Shown here: positions 28,268 to 38,315 of the stretch, piece by piece
Numbering within the stretch: the stretch's first letter is position 1
Layout: each line of letters begins with the position of its first letter
NCBI GenBank assembly: GCA_944359885.1
Contig: CALVTC010000003.1
Location: 1-48,161 of the forward strand
Length of the DNA stretch: 48,161 nucleotides
Direction of reading: 5' to 3'
From: an uncultured Bacilli bacterium
Lineage (GTDB): Bacteria > Bacillota_I > Bacilli_A > RF39 > UBA660
Program-made: the position numbers and the translations under genes
Notes under the pieces: model-generated
What the model was told of the DNA's origin: nothing
What the model saw: the letters and a program-made list of their open reading frames with translations, nothing else
Databases searched by the model: none

Positions 28268-29338
28268 GTGGATTATATTATTTTAGTATTGTTGGTAGTT
28301 ATTTTAATATTAGGTGTTATTTCTTTATTTAAAAATATTAATGAAAGTAATATTACAGAACGTCTTGGTCGTTTGGAAGTAAATATGATGAAGGAAATGG
28401 GAGATTTTAAGAGTGATTTATCGCGTAGTTTGAATGATGACTTTACAAAATTGAATGAACAAGTAGAGCGAAGATTACTTGCTGTTAATGATAAAGTTAA
28501 TGAACGTCTAGATCAAAATTTTGAAAAGACTAATAAGACATTTATGAATGTTATTGAAAGACTTTCTAAAATTGATGAGGCACAAAAGAAGATTGAAACG
28601 TTATCTACTGATATTGTTAGTTTACAGAGTATTTTGACGGATAAAAAGACTCGAGGAATTTTTGGTGAAGTAAATTTAAAGCATATTCTATCTAGTGTTT
28701 TTGGAGAGAAAAATGATGCTATATATCGTTTGCAATATACACTTAGTACTGGAGTGATTGCTGACTGTGTGCTTTTTGCACCAGAACCACTTGGTACGAT
28801 TGCAATTGATTCAAAATTTCCTTTAGAACATTATCAGATGATGGTGGATAAAAAGACAGCTGCAGATGTAAGAAGTAATTATGAAAAGATGTTTAAACAG
28901 GATATGAAAAAACATATTGATGCTATTAGTAGCAAGTATATTATTCCTGGAGAAACTGCTGATCAAGCTATTTTGTTTTTACCAGCGGAGGCTATTTTTG
29001 CAGAAGTTAATGCTTATCATCCTGATATTGTAGAATATGCTTATAAAAAGCGAGTATGGATTACTAGTCCTACTACACTTATTTCTACTTTAACTGTGCT
29101 TGAGATGATTATTAAAAATATGGAACGTGATAAATATACATCTATTATTCATGAAGAATTAAATAAACTTGGTTTAGAATTTGCTCGTTATAAAGAACGT
29201 TGGGATAAGCTCGCTCGTAGTATTCAGACAGTTAATAAGGATGTTGAAAATGTCTCTATTACTACGGAAAAGATTACGAAGAAGTTTGATTCTATTAATC
29301 GAGTTGAAGTTGGTATGTTAGAGCATAAAGATGAATAA
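28268..29338 (+). CDS. rmuC: DNA recombination protein RmuC
   Basis: Coiled coil, KTRGIFGEVNL, IDSKFPL, ISSKYI, LFLPAEAIF, SPTTL. Confidence 0.92.
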   Translation: MDYIILVLLVVILILGVISLFKNINESNITERLGRLEVNMMKEMGDFKSDLSRSLNDDFTKLNEQVERRLLAVNDKVNERLDQNFEKTNKTFMNVIERLSKIDEAQKKIETLSTDIVSLQSILTDKKTRGIFGEVNLKHILSSVFGEKNDAIYRLQYTLSTGVIADCVLFAPEPLGTIAIDSKFPLEHYQMMVDKKTAADVRSNYEKMFKQDMKKHIDAISSKYIIPGETADQAILFLPAEAIFAEVNAYHPDIVEYAYKKRVWITSPTTLISTLTVLEMIIKNMERDKYTSIIHEELNKLGLEFARYKERWDKLARSIQTVNKDVENVSITTEKITKKFDSINRVEVGMLEHKDE

Positions 29339-29433
29339 TTTGTTTTTGCTATTTAGTTTATCCTAAATAGTTTTTTTGTATAATTTTTTTAGAATGTCAG
29401 TATACTAAAAATAGTTCATTCATAGATTTTAAT

Positions 29434-29640
29434 ATGAACCGTATTATTATGTTTATTGTTGGTTTTATTTTTATGGTTTTTGGTTGTAGTTTTTTCATCT
29501 TGTATTTTAATTTATTTGTCTTTGGTTATAGTTTTTTAGATTATATTTTGTTTTTGTTGGGAAGGTGGGAATGTTACTTTTTTATCCTGGGAGTTTTTTT
29601 CGTTGTTCTTGCACTTACTAGAAAGGGGATTAAAAGATGA
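29434..29640 (+). CDS. Small hydrophobic membrane protein
   Basis: 68 aa, mostly hydrophobic, ATGA-coupled to the next gene. Confidence 0.65.
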   Translation: MNRIIMFIVGFIFMVFGCSFFILYFNLFVFGYSFLDYILFLLGRWECYFFILGVFFVVLALTRKGIKR

Positions 29641-30281
29641 TTTATATATATGATTTATTACTTAATTTTCAAGATAAAGAAAGATTGGTAGAGTTTTTTG
29701 AATGGAAGCAAGATGATGTATTGGAACATGTTAAACGTATTCCTTTGTTTTTTGTTCCTAGTATTGATATGGATAATTTTTGTTTTGCTGATGTTAAAGT
29801 AGACCATGATTTCTTAGATACTATAAAGGGGAAGACTTTGCTTTATAAGAAGAAAAAAGGCATTTTATATGGTTGTTTATTTTGTGATTTAAATAGAGTA
29901 GTTGCTTTAGAGTTTTCTAAAATGGGTGATATTATTGCTAGAAGTTGTTTGTTATTGGATGAAGAAAGTGAGGTAATAGACGGTGCTAGGGGATTAGAAG
30001 AGACAGTAGTACCGTATAAAGTTTTAGAAAAGAGTAGTGGTGTTTCCTTTTTGACTAGACAAGAGGAATTCTGTCAGAGATATCTGTGTAAAGAAATTCG
30101 GTCTTTGTATGAGAAAAATGATACAGATATGTTTCTTTATTTGTACGAGGAGTTATTTGGTGTTGATAATTCTTCACTTTCTGAGAAGTATGAGAAATTG
30201 ATGGATGGTATAAAAAATCATTATGATAGCAGTTATCAGAATTTGTTTCAAATTGTACGATTAAGTTATTCCAAAAAATAA
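29637..30281 (+). CDS. DUF3603/YjbA-like protein
   Basis: YIYDLLLNF...FFEW...D..EH.KRIPL and RSCLLLDEE resemble Bacillus YjbA. Confidence 0.65.
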   Translation: MIYIYDLLLNFQDKERLVEFFEWKQDDVLEHVKRIPLFFVPSIDMDNFCFADVKVDHDFLDTIKGKTLLYKKKKGILYGCLFCDLNRVVALEFSKMGDIIARSCLLLDEESEVIDGARGLEETVVPYKVLEKSSGVSFLTRQEEFCQRYLCKEIRSLYEKNDTDMFLYLYEELFGVDNSSLSEKYEKLMDGIKNHYDSSYQNLFQIVRLSYSKK

Positions 30282-30301
30282 AGCATCTTTTTAGATGCTT
30301 T
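30280..30301. terminator. Bidirectional terminator between convergent genes
   Basis: aaagcatct-tttt-agatgcttt inverted repeat. Confidence 0.6.
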
Positions 30302-31304
30302 CGTAGTCTATTTTCATTGCTTTTTTAACTTTTTTCATTTGTTCTGTTGCTTTTTCTTTTGCCTTTTTTGTTCCACTATCTAGTATTTCTTTTACTAGTT
30401 CAGGATGTTCTTCATAATATTTTCTTTTTTCTTGGATTGGTTTTAGAAATTCATTCATTGCTTGAATTAATTCTTTTTTGCATTGTACACATCCTCTAGC
30501 TCCTTTTTTACATTCACTACATACTTTTTCTAAGTTTTCTTTTTTGTTTACTAGATTATGATAGTAATAGACCATGCAAATTTCAGGGTTAGCAGGATCA
30601 TCTTTTTTAATTTTTTTAGGATCTGTTACAGCTTGCATTATTTTTTTCTTGATGGTCTCTTCTGTATCGTTTAGGAAAATAGCATTTCCTAGACTTTTTC
30701 CCATTTTATCATTTCCATCTAGACCTTTTACTCTTTTATCTTCACTTAATATAGCTTGTGGTTCTTTTAATGTCTCACCGTAAATAGAATTAAACTTTCT
30801 AACAATTTCACGACATTGTTCTAGTAATGGGAGTTGATCTTCACCTACTGGAACTAACTGTCCATCGAATGCAGTAATATCTGCTGCTTGAGACACAGGA
30901 TATCCTAAGAATCCATAGGTAATAGATTCTCCATCATTACCAAATAATTCTTTTTTCTGGGCAATTTCTGTTTTTACTGTGGGATTTCTTTGTAGACGTG
31001 CTACTGTTACTAAATTTGAATAAAATACTGTTAGTTCGGCAATTTCTGGTATTTTAGATTGAATAAAAAAGTTTACTTTTTCTGGATCTAGTCCTGTTGA
31101 TAATAAGTCTATAGTTATTTCCTTTACATTTTTTCTTACTTTTTCAGGATTGTTGAAATTATCAGTTAGAGCTTGTACATCTGCAATTTCTAAATAGAAG
31201 TCATAGTCATTTTGCATTTTTAAGTAATTTTGGCAGGCACCAAAATAATGTCCTAGATGTAAGTTTCCTGTAGGTCTTAATCCTGTTAATATTGTTTTTT
31301 TCAT
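30291..31304 (-). CDS. trpS: Tryptophan--tRNA ligase
   Basis: TGLRPTGNLHLGHY (HIGH), YPVSQAADI, VPVGEDQ, KMGKS. Confidence 0.97.
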   Translation of the reverse strand: MKKTILTGLRPTGNLHLGHYFGACQNYLKMQNDYDFYLEIADVQALTDNFNNPEKVRKNVKEITIDLLSTGLDPEKVNFFIQSKIPEIAELTVFYSNLVTVARLQRNPTVKTEIAQKKELFGNDGESITYGFLGYPVSQAADITAFDGQLVPVGEDQLPLLEQCREIVRKFNSIYGETLKEPQAILSEDKRVKGLDGNDKMGKSLGNAIFLNDTEETIKKKIMQAVTDPKKIKKDDPANPEICMVYYYHNLVNKKENLEKVCSECKKGARGCVQCKKELIQAMNEFLKPIQEKRKYYEEHPELVKEILDSGTKKAKEKATEQMKKVKKAMKIDYESI

Positions 31305-31434
31305 ATTTTATCCCTTTCTTTCTGTTATTTATTTTAGCATATTTTTTAGTAGAGTAAAAGATGATATTTATTTTGTAGAAAGTGTTGTTAAAAACGGAAT
31401 TGTACGATATAATATAAGGCGTTGGAGGGATATT

Positions 31435-32733
31435 ATGGCAAAAAAAGAAACAGAAAAAACTGAAGTTAAAAAAGATAATAAAAAGAATGTTCATGAAGTA
31501 GTTATTAAGATAGATGGAGATGCTTGGAGTAAAGCACTTGATGGAGCTTTTAAGAAGAAGCAAAAAACTGCTAAAGTGGATGGATTTAGAAAAGGTAAAG
31601 TACCAAGAGATATTTATGAAAAACATTTTGGTAAGGAATCTTTATTTATTGATGCTGCTGATAGTGTATTACAAGATGCATATACGAAAGCAATGGAAGA
31701 GTCTAAGTTAGTTCCAGTAGTACAACCATCTGTAGATTTGAAAAGTTTAAATGAAGATGGTGTAGAATTTACTTTTAAAATTGTAACTAAACCAGAAGTA
31801 AAGGTAAAAAAATATAAGGGATTAAACATTCAACCAGAGAAAGTTGAAGTAACTGATGAAGAAGTTGAGCATGAACTTGGTCATTTACTTGAAAGATATA
31901 CAGAACTTGTTACTAAAGAAGATGGTGCTGTAGAAAATGGTAATATTGCAGTTATTGATTTTGAAGGATTTAAAGATGGAGTTGCTTTTGATGGTGGAAA
32001 GGGAGAAAATTATTCTTTAGAAATTGGTTCTCATAGTTTTATTCCTGGGTTTGAAGAACAATTAATTGGTATGATGCCTGAAGAAGAAAAAGAAATTGAA
32101 GTTACTTTCCCAGAAGATTATCATGCTAGAGATTTAGCAGGAGCTAAAGTTACTTTTAAAGTAAAAGTTCATGAAATTAAGGAAAAACAAAATAGAGAAT
32201 TAGATGAAGAGTTTTTTGAAGATTTAGGAATGGAAGGCGTTACTTCTGAAGAAACTTTGAAAGAAGAAATTAAGAAATCAATTTCTGCTCAGAAAGAAAT
32301 GGATGCCGAAAATAAATATATTGATGCAATTTTAGAGGGTGTATCTAAGAATGTAGAAGTAGATATTCCTGAAGAGATGGTAGAAGAAGAAGTAAATCGT
32401 TTAATGAGACGTTTTGAAGAGCAAATGAGAATGCAAGGTATTTCTTTAGATCTATATTATCAATTTACACAATCAAGTGAAGCAGATCTTAGAAGTCAAT
32501 TAGAAAAAGAAGCTTATTCTAATGTTTTATATCGTTTGATGTTAGAAGAAATTATGAACTTAGAAAAAATTGAAGTTTCTGTTGAAGAAGCTGAGAAAGA
32601 AGCAGAGGAATTAGCTAAAAAATATCAGCTAGAAAAAGAAGAATTCCTAAAACAATTTGGTGGAATTGATATGGTTCAATATGACTTAGAAATGAGAAAG
32701 ACAATTGAATTATTAAAAGATGCAAATAAATAA
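31435..32733 (+). CDS. tig: Trigger factor
   Basis: GFRKGKVP ribosome-binding motif; FKBP domain IDFEGF..FIPGFEEQLIG. Confidence 0.97.
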   Translation: MAKKETEKTEVKKDNKKNVHEVVIKIDGDAWSKALDGAFKKKQKTAKVDGFRKGKVPRDIYEKHFGKESLFIDAADSVLQDAYTKAMEESKLVPVVQPSVDLKSLNEDGVEFTFKIVTKPEVKVKKYKGLNIQPEKVEVTDEEVEHELGHLLERYTELVTKEDGAVENGNIAVIDFEGFKDGVAFDGGKGENYSLEIGSHSFIPGFEEQLIGMMPEEEKEIEVTFPEDYHARDLAGAKVTFKVKVHEIKEKQNRELDEEFFEDLGMEGVTSEETLKEEIKKSISAQKEMDAENKYIDAILEGVSKNVEVDIPEEMVEEEVNRLMRRFEEQMRMQGISLDLYYQFTQSSEADLRSQLEKEAYSNVLYRLMLEEIMNLEKIEVSVEEAEKEAEELAKKYQLEKEEFLKQFGGIDMVQYDLEMRKTIELLKDANK

Positions 32734-32740
32734 AATAGTT

Positions 32741-32764
32741 AGTACTTCGGTACTTCTTTTTTTT
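32741..32764 (+). terminator. tig terminator
   Basis: agtac-ttcg-gtact hairpin (cUUCGg loop) plus T run. Confidence 0.7.
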
Positions 32765-32858
32765 GGAAAATTTTGAAAAATATAGTTAATTTGTTGAAGA
32801 AGAAAAGCTTTTATTATATAATAGTAAGCAGTATTTAAAATTTGGAGGTGGCTATTAT

Positions 32859-35165
32859 ATGGATAAGGAAAAACTGGCAGTTTTGGTTTTAAATGATGTA
32901 GTAGTCTTTCCAAATAACGAAGTTAGAATTGAGTATAGTGATTCTTTTGAAAAAGCAAGTATTGAGTATGCAGATTCAACACAGGATAAATATTTAGTCA
33001 TTGTTAATCCTTTGGATTTAAATTATGTAGAAGATGTTACTTCTTTACCTAGTTATGGTATTTTGGGGCAACTTAAGTTAAAGCTTACGGTTCCTAATGG
33101 GAAGACTAGAGTCGTTATTCAAGGAATTCGAAGAGTAGAAGTTTCTAATTATTTTTATCAGGATGGTTTTTATCAAGCTAATGTTTCTGATGTAGTTATT
33201 TCTTCTAGTCGAGATGATAAGAATTATTTTACGCTTTTAATGAAGTCTTTAGATAAATATATTGAAAAAGCTCCTTATATGAGTAATGCCGTTATTAGTC
33301 AATTAGATACTGTTGAGACTTTGGATGAACTTTGTGATTTGATTGGTTCGTTCTTACCTTTTGATTATTCTAAAAAGAAACAGTATGTTTTAACAATATC
33401 TCCTGTTGAAAGAGCTCATATGATTATTGAAGATATTCATGAAGAATTAAAATTTTTAGAATTAGAAAGAAAAATAGAAAATGAAGTAGAGCAGGAAATA
33501 GAAGAAAGTCAGAAAGAGTATTTTTTAAGAGAAAAACTTAGAGCTATAAAAAGAGAACTTGGTGATATTAATAGTAAAGAAGATGAGGTTGAAAAGTTAA
33601 AAAGGCGTCTTTCTAAATTAAAATGTAATCATAAAGTAAAAGAAAAAATTAGTAGTGAAATTTCTAGGTATGAGGCAATTAGTAGCCATTCTCCAGAACT
33701 TGGAATGATTCGAGATTATTTAGATTGGATGTTTCATTTGCCTTGGAATGTTTATACTAAAGATACAAAAGATTTGTTGCGTGTTGAGTCTATTTTAAAT
33801 AGTAGTCATCATGCTTTAGAAGAAGTGAAATCTCGTATTTTGGAGTATTTGGCAGTGAAACAGAATACAAACAATTTACGTAGTCCTATTATTTGCTTGG
33901 TTGGCCCTCCAGGAGTTGGAAAAACTTCTCTTGCATTAAGTATTGCTGATAGTTTAGGACGTAAGGTTGCGAAGATTAGTGTCGGTGGAATCAACGATGA
34001 AGCTGAAATTGTTGGGCATCGCCGTACGTATGTAGGTGCTAATCCTGGTCGTATTATTCAGGGGATTCGTAAAGCTGGAACTGCTAATCCTGTATTTATT
34101 ATTGATGAAATCGATAAAATGACGAAAGATATTAAGGGTGATCCAGCTAGTAGTTTATTAGAAGTATTAGATCCAGAACAAAACAGTAAATTTTCTGATC
34201 ATTATATTGAAGAAGAATTTGATTTGTCGAAAGTTTTATTTATTGCTACTGCAAATTATATTGATCAGATTCCTTATGAGTTACGTGACCGTTTAGAAAT
34301 TATTGAACTTAGTAGTTATACAGAATATGAAAAGTTAGATATTGCTAAAAATCATTTGATTCCTAGAGCTTTAGAAGAACATGGATTAACTTCCTTACAA
34401 ATTCAGTTGGATGATGATGCTATTATGGCGATGATTCGTTATTATACGAAAGAAGCAGGAGTTCGTGAATTAGATCGTGTTATAGCTTCTTTATTTCGAA
34501 AAATTGTAAAGAAAGTATTATTGGAAAAAGAACAGGTTTTTTATCATATTAGGCAAGAGGATTTGGAAAAGTTCTTGGGGAAGAAAAAATATAGTTATGA
34601 AAAGACAGGAGAGAAAAGTGCAATTGGTGTTGTAAATGGTATGGCTTATACTGTCTTTGGAGGGGATATTTTACCGATTGAAGTAACTATGTTCCCTGGT
34701 AAGGGTGAACTTATTCTTACTGGTTCTCTGGGTGAAGTTATGCAAGAGTCCTGCCAGATTGCGTTTAGTTATATTAAAGCAAATGCTAAGGATTTTTCTA
34801 TTCCTTTTGAGGTTTTATCTCAAAATGATATTCATATTCATTTTCCAGAAGGTGCGGTTGGAAAAGATGGTCCATCTGCGGGTATTGCGATTACTACTGC
34901 TTTAATTAGTTTGTTTAAAAATCAGGCTATTGAAAATAATATTTCTATGACTGGTGAAATTACTTTACGTGGTCGTGTTCTTCCTATTGGTGGTTTGCGA
35001 GAAAAAGTAATCGGTTCTCATCGTGCAGGTATTCGAAAAATCTTTTTACCTACGGAAAACAGGGATGATTTGGAGAAAATTCCAGAAGAAGTAAAAGATG
35101 ATATTACTTTTATCTTCGTTGATAATTATTTTGATATTTATCGACAGTTATTTGAAGGGGTGTAG
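32859..35165 (+). CDS. lon: Lon protease
   Basis: GPPGVGKTS, GHRRTYVGA, DEIDK, KDGPSAG catalytic Ser, PIGGLREK. Confidence 0.97.
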   Translation: MDKEKLAVLVLNDVVVFPNNEVRIEYSDSFEKASIEYADSTQDKYLVIVNPLDLNYVEDVTSLPSYGILGQLKLKLTVPNGKTRVVIQGIRRVEVSNYFYQDGFYQANVSDVVISSSRDDKNYFTLLMKSLDKYIEKAPYMSNAVISQLDTVETLDELCDLIGSFLPFDYSKKKQYVLTISPVERAHMIIEDIHEELKFLELERKIENEVEQEIEESQKEYFLREKLRAIKRELGDINSKEDEVEKLKRRLSKLKCNHKVKEKISSEISRYEAISSHSPELGMIRDYLDWMFHLPWNVYTKDTKDLLRVESILNSSHHALEEVKSRILEYLAVKQNTNNLRSPIICLVGPPGVGKTSLALSIADSLGRKVAKISVGGINDEAEIVGHRRTYVGANPGRIIQGIRKAGTANPVFIIDEIDKMTKDIKGDPASSLLEVLDPEQNSKFSDHYIEEEFDLSKVLFIATANYIDQIPYELRDRLEIIELSSYTEYEKLDIAKNHLIPRALEEHGLTSLQIQLDDDAIMAMIRYYTKEAGVRELDRVIASLFRKIVKKVLLEKEQVFYHIRQEDLEKFLGKKKYSYEKTGEKSAIGVVNGMAYTVFGGDILPIEVTMFPGKGELILTGSLGEVMQESCQIAFSYIKANAKDFSIPFEVLSQNDIHIHFPEGAVGKDGPSAGIAITTALISLFKNQAIENNISMTGEITLRGRVLPIGGLREKVIGSHRAGIRKIFLPTENRDDLEKIPEEVKDDITFIFVDNYFDIYRQLFEGV

Positions 35166-35169
35166 TTTT

Positions 35170-35829
35170 ATGTTATCAGATAAAGATGAAAAAATTGTTA
35201 TTCGCTGGTTAGAGGAAATGGTTTTAAAAAATGCCTTGGTCGTTGAATCTAATGAGGCATTATGTGAAAATGCTGATGATTTTGAGTATTATCAGTATTT
35301 TATACAGATTTGTTTTCATCTGTTAAATGATGATTCTGCATTCTTTTTGTTAGATTCCTCTTTTTCTTCTAAAGTTTTAGATGTAATTGATAGACATCGT
35401 TTCTCTTTTAGTGATATGGATTCTTCTTGCTTTGAAAGGTCTAATGATATTATTGCAAAGATTAATCAATTATCTCATCTAAGTCCTGATGATAAAAGTT
35501 CTTTGCTACTTAATTATGCTCTTAAGCAATATGAATATAGGTTAGGTTCTTTTTCGCTAAAAGATCTTATTACTGTAAATGCAAATGATTATCTTATTTA
35601 TTCGGGTATGGAAAGTGGGCTACAGTTTTTTTCTGATGAAGAAACGCTTTCTAGTTTGAGTTATTTTGCTAGTACGTGTCCTGAATGTTATTATGACAAT
35701 ATATTTTATTCTAATGCGATTCAGTTTATAGAAGAGTTTTGTGATGTTCCATTTTATAAAAAAAGAGGTGTTTCTTATAAAATGGCAACGAATGTTAAGA
35801 AGAAATTACAAAAAGTTAGAGGAGCTTGA
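35170..35829 (+). CDS. Hypothetical protein
   Basis: Open frame after lon with RBS gaaggggtg, followed by gagct/agctc hairpin plus T run. Confidence 0.6.
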   Translation: MLSDKDEKIVIRWLEEMVLKNALVVESNEALCENADDFEYYQYFIQICFHLLNDDSAFFLLDSSFSSKVLDVIDRHRFSFSDMDSSCFERSNDIIAKINQLSHLSPDDKSSLLLNYALKQYEYRLGSFSLKDLITVNANDYLIYSGMESGLQFFSDEETLSSLSYFASTCPECYYDNIFYSNAIQFIEEFCDVPFYKKRGVSYKMATNVKKKLQKVRGA

Positions 35830-35886
35830 TAGCTCTTTTTTTCATATTCTATTTTTTTGTTCATATAATCTGTTAGGAGGGATTAG

Positions 35887-36666
35887 ATGCAAAAAGTTAT
35901 TTCTTTTGATAAAACATTAGAATTTAAAACAATGGTTGGTGAGGTTACTTCTATTTCTTTGGATCCGAAATTAGATTTTTCTGATGATAGCAGCATTTCT
36001 GGTGAATTGGTAATATCTGGAAAATATAAATTGACTGCAGCGTCTCGATTAGAAGAAGATTTTTTATTTCATTTGCCAATAGAAATTGTGTTAACGGAAA
36101 GTCTAGAACCGGAAACTAGAAAGGTTGCTATTGATGATTTTCGTTACGAGGTTATGGAAGATGATACTTTAAATTGCCACATTGATTTATTGGTAGAAGG
36201 TGTTGAGAAGATTGATATTAGTGAGGAGGATGTGGAACTTGAAGATAAGACGGAGGATGTTAGAGTAAATATTTCCAATGAAGATGATGAAGTTGTAGAA
36301 TATGGTGCTTTAAAAGATGATGCAGTTGAAGAGGAAAAAAAAGAAGATAATAAAATAGAGGAAAAAATTAAATCAGTTGCAGATACAAATGTTGTTCGTG
36401 ATGATGTTTTAGAAAAAGTGGAAAAATCTTCTGCAGAAGTTACTTCTGATGATGATAATCATCATGATGTTGGTTCTTTATTTTCATCTTTTAAAGATAG
36501 TGATGAAACTTTTGCTACATATTCTATTTATATTGTTAGGCAAAATGATACGGTTGAAGCAATTATGGAGAAGTATCAAGTTAGTCGAGAAGAGTTAGAA
36601 AGTTATAATGATTTAACGAATTTAACTATAGGTTCTAAGGTTATTATTCCTACACATCATGAATAA
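35887..36666 (+). CDS. SpoVID-like spore coat morphogenetic protein with LysM
   Basis: EVTSISLDP..ISGELVISGKY N-domain, acidic linker, LysM YIVRQNDTVEAI..KY; upstream TCATATT..CATATAAT sigmaE-like sequence. Confidence 0.7.
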   Translation: MQKVISFDKTLEFKTMVGEVTSISLDPKLDFSDDSSISGELVISGKYKLTAASRLEEDFLFHLPIEIVLTESLEPETRKVAIDDFRYEVMEDDTLNCHIDLLVEGVEKIDISEEDVELEDKTEDVRVNISNEDDEVVEYGALKDDAVEEEKKEDNKIEEKIKSVADTNVVRDDVLEKVEKSSAEVTSDDDNHHDVGSLFSSFKDSDETFATYSIYIVRQNDTVEAIMEKYQVSREELESYNDLTNLTIGSKVIIPTHHE

Positions 36667-37546
36667 ATCGGATATTTGTAAGTACTCCTATATTGATGGA
36701 GATAGAGTTATTGAAACTGAGAAGGGAAAGTTTTTTATTACTCCAAGATGTAATAATAAGTCGGATATGTTTCGATATTTGGAGCAGAAGGATTTTCCTT
36801 TCTTTTTACCTATGGAGAATTCAGATCGAGAACCGTATGAAGTTTATTCTTATGTAGAAGATGATATGAATTTTGACGATAAGGCAATTGATTTGGTTCA
36901 TATTTTAAGTTTATTACATATAAAAACAACTACTTATCAAGAAGTAGTTATGGATTCTGTTAAGGAATTGTATGAGGGTATTTCAGCAGAAATAGAAAGT
37001 TTAGAAAAGTATTATCACGAATTACAAGATGAAATGGAAACTCATGTTTATATGGCACCTGATGAGTATCTTTTTTTACGAAATATTAGTATTCTTTATG
37101 AAAACTTACATCGCAGTAGAGAATATTTAGAATCGTGGTATCAGTTAAAGAAAGATGCTACAAGAGAAAGAGTTGTCTTTTTACATATGCAACCTTCTCT
37201 TGCAACATTCATTGATCGAAAGACTCCTTATTTTGTTCATTGGGATTTATCTCGTAAAGGGTATGTTGTTTATGATTTTTTGTATTTTTATAAAAAGGAT
37301 TATATAGCGGTGGAAATGGAGTCTTTATTTCAAATTTATCAAAGTAAATATCGATTTACACGAGATGAAGAGTATTTGTTTTTTTGCTTAGTTTTATTAG
37401 ATGAAAAAATAACTTTTGATTTAGGGTGCTATGAAAATATTATTTTTATTCAAAAAAAATTTTTTTATGCTTTTAAGGCTCGAGAATTTGTGTTAAAACA
37501 AAATCATGAAAATGAGGAAACAAATCAAACCAAATTCGATCAATAG
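36659..37546 (+). CDS. YsxE/CotS-like spore coat protein
   Basis: Overlaps the spoVID-like gene as in the Bacillus spoVID-ysxE operon; LSLLH.KT, R.VFLH kinase-like remnants. Confidence 0.6.
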   Translation: MNKSDICKYSYIDGDRVIETEKGKFFITPRCNNKSDMFRYLEQKDFPFFLPMENSDREPYEVYSYVEDDMNFDDKAIDLVHILSLLHIKTTTYQEVVMDSVKELYEGISAEIESLEKYYHELQDEMETHVYMAPDEYLFLRNISILYENLHRSREYLESWYQLKKDATRERVVFLHMQPSLATFIDRKTPYFVHWDLSRKGYVVYDFLYFYKKDYIAVEMESLFQIYQSKYRFTRDEEYLFFCLVLLDEKITFDLGCYENIIFIQKKFFYAFKAREFVLKQNHENEETNQTKFDQ

Positions 37547-37705
37547 AATGATTGCGTTTAATCTAGTTGTAATGAAAATTAGAAGAATAATTTGGTAAAA
37601 GATAATAATTAAAGTTGCGATGATTCCAAGAAGATAGAAAATACTATTTCTTCTTTTTTGTTTACAATAGTTGCAGCGACAGAATAAGTTGTGTTTTGTT
37701 TTCAT
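37493..37705 (-). CDS. Small membrane protein with CxCxxC
   Basis: RBS aggtga, CRCNYC then two hydrophobic helices. Confidence 0.5.
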   Translation of the reverse strand: MKTKHNLFCRCNYCKQKRRNSIFYLLGIIATLIIIFYQIILLIFITTRLNAIILLIEFGLICFLIFMILF

Positions 37706-37756
37706 AATATCACCTAGTATAGTTTATGATGCTTTTTTATTTATGTTATTTTTTGA

Positions 37757-37805
37757 TTGACATGGATAATCGATTTTATTATAATATTATTGATAATTAT
37801 TATCA
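37757..37805 (+). promoter_or_regulatory. sigmaA promoter plus Fur box
   Basis: TTGACA-17-TATAAT (37757-37785) followed by perfect 7-1-7 TGATAAT-T-ATTATCA (37791-37805). Confidence 0.85.
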
Positions 37806-37818
37806 TTAAGGGAGACTT

Positions 37819-38196
37819 ATGAATACACGAAATACAAAACAAAAAGAAATTATTTTTGAGGTTTTGTGCAAAATGAAATCTCATCCTACGATTTTAGAAC
37901 TTTATGAGGCGGTGCACGCTAAAGATTCTTCTATTGGACAAGCTACGATTTATCGTAATGTGTCTAAACTGATGGAAGAAAATATGGTTCGTAAAGTTTT
38001 GACGAGTGATGGAGTTCTTCATTATGATGCTAACTGTAATAATCATTGTCATTTTCGATGCAAGAAATGTCAAAAAGTATTTGATGTATTTGATGTGGAT
38101 ACCCAGAAGTTATTGGATGTGATGAAGACAAACTCTTCTTTCGAGTCGGATGATGTTTATGTTTTATTTGAAGGTATTTGTAGTCGTTGTCGTTAG
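37819..38196 (+). CDS. Fur/PerR family transcriptional repressor
   Basis: RNTKQK, HPT, ATIYRN, HCHFRCKKC, GICSRC. Confidence 0.9.
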   Translation: MNTRNTKQKEIIFEVLCKMKSHPTILELYEAVHAKDSSIGQATIYRNVSKLMEENMVRKVLTSDGVLHYDANCNNHCHFRCKKCQKVFDVFDVDTQKLLDVMKTNSSFESDDVYVLFEGICSRCR

Positions 38197-38225
38197 ACTC
38201 TTAGTTAATAATTATAATGGAAATG

Positions 38226-38288
38226 TTGCGATACTTTGTTATTTGTGATATGCTACAAGTGATAAGTATTAAAGAACATTCTTTAATA
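38226..38288 (+). promoter_or_regulatory. Rubrerythrin promoter with downstream palindromic operator candidate
   Basis: TTGCGA-17-TATGCT with TGn; perfect inverted repeat tattaaagaa-ca-ttctttaata at 38267-38288. Confidence 0.55.
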
Positions 38289-38315
38289 TGATTTAGAAGA
38301 AAGAAGGTAAATGAA

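Noticed and set aside
28268-29338. rmuC as a functional part of the T4SS locus
   Set aside because: Separated by a terminator and two unrelated genes; widespread housekeeping gene
31305-31434. T-box leader for trpS
   Set aside because: The 130 bp divergent intergenic region is too short and lacks the T-box consensus
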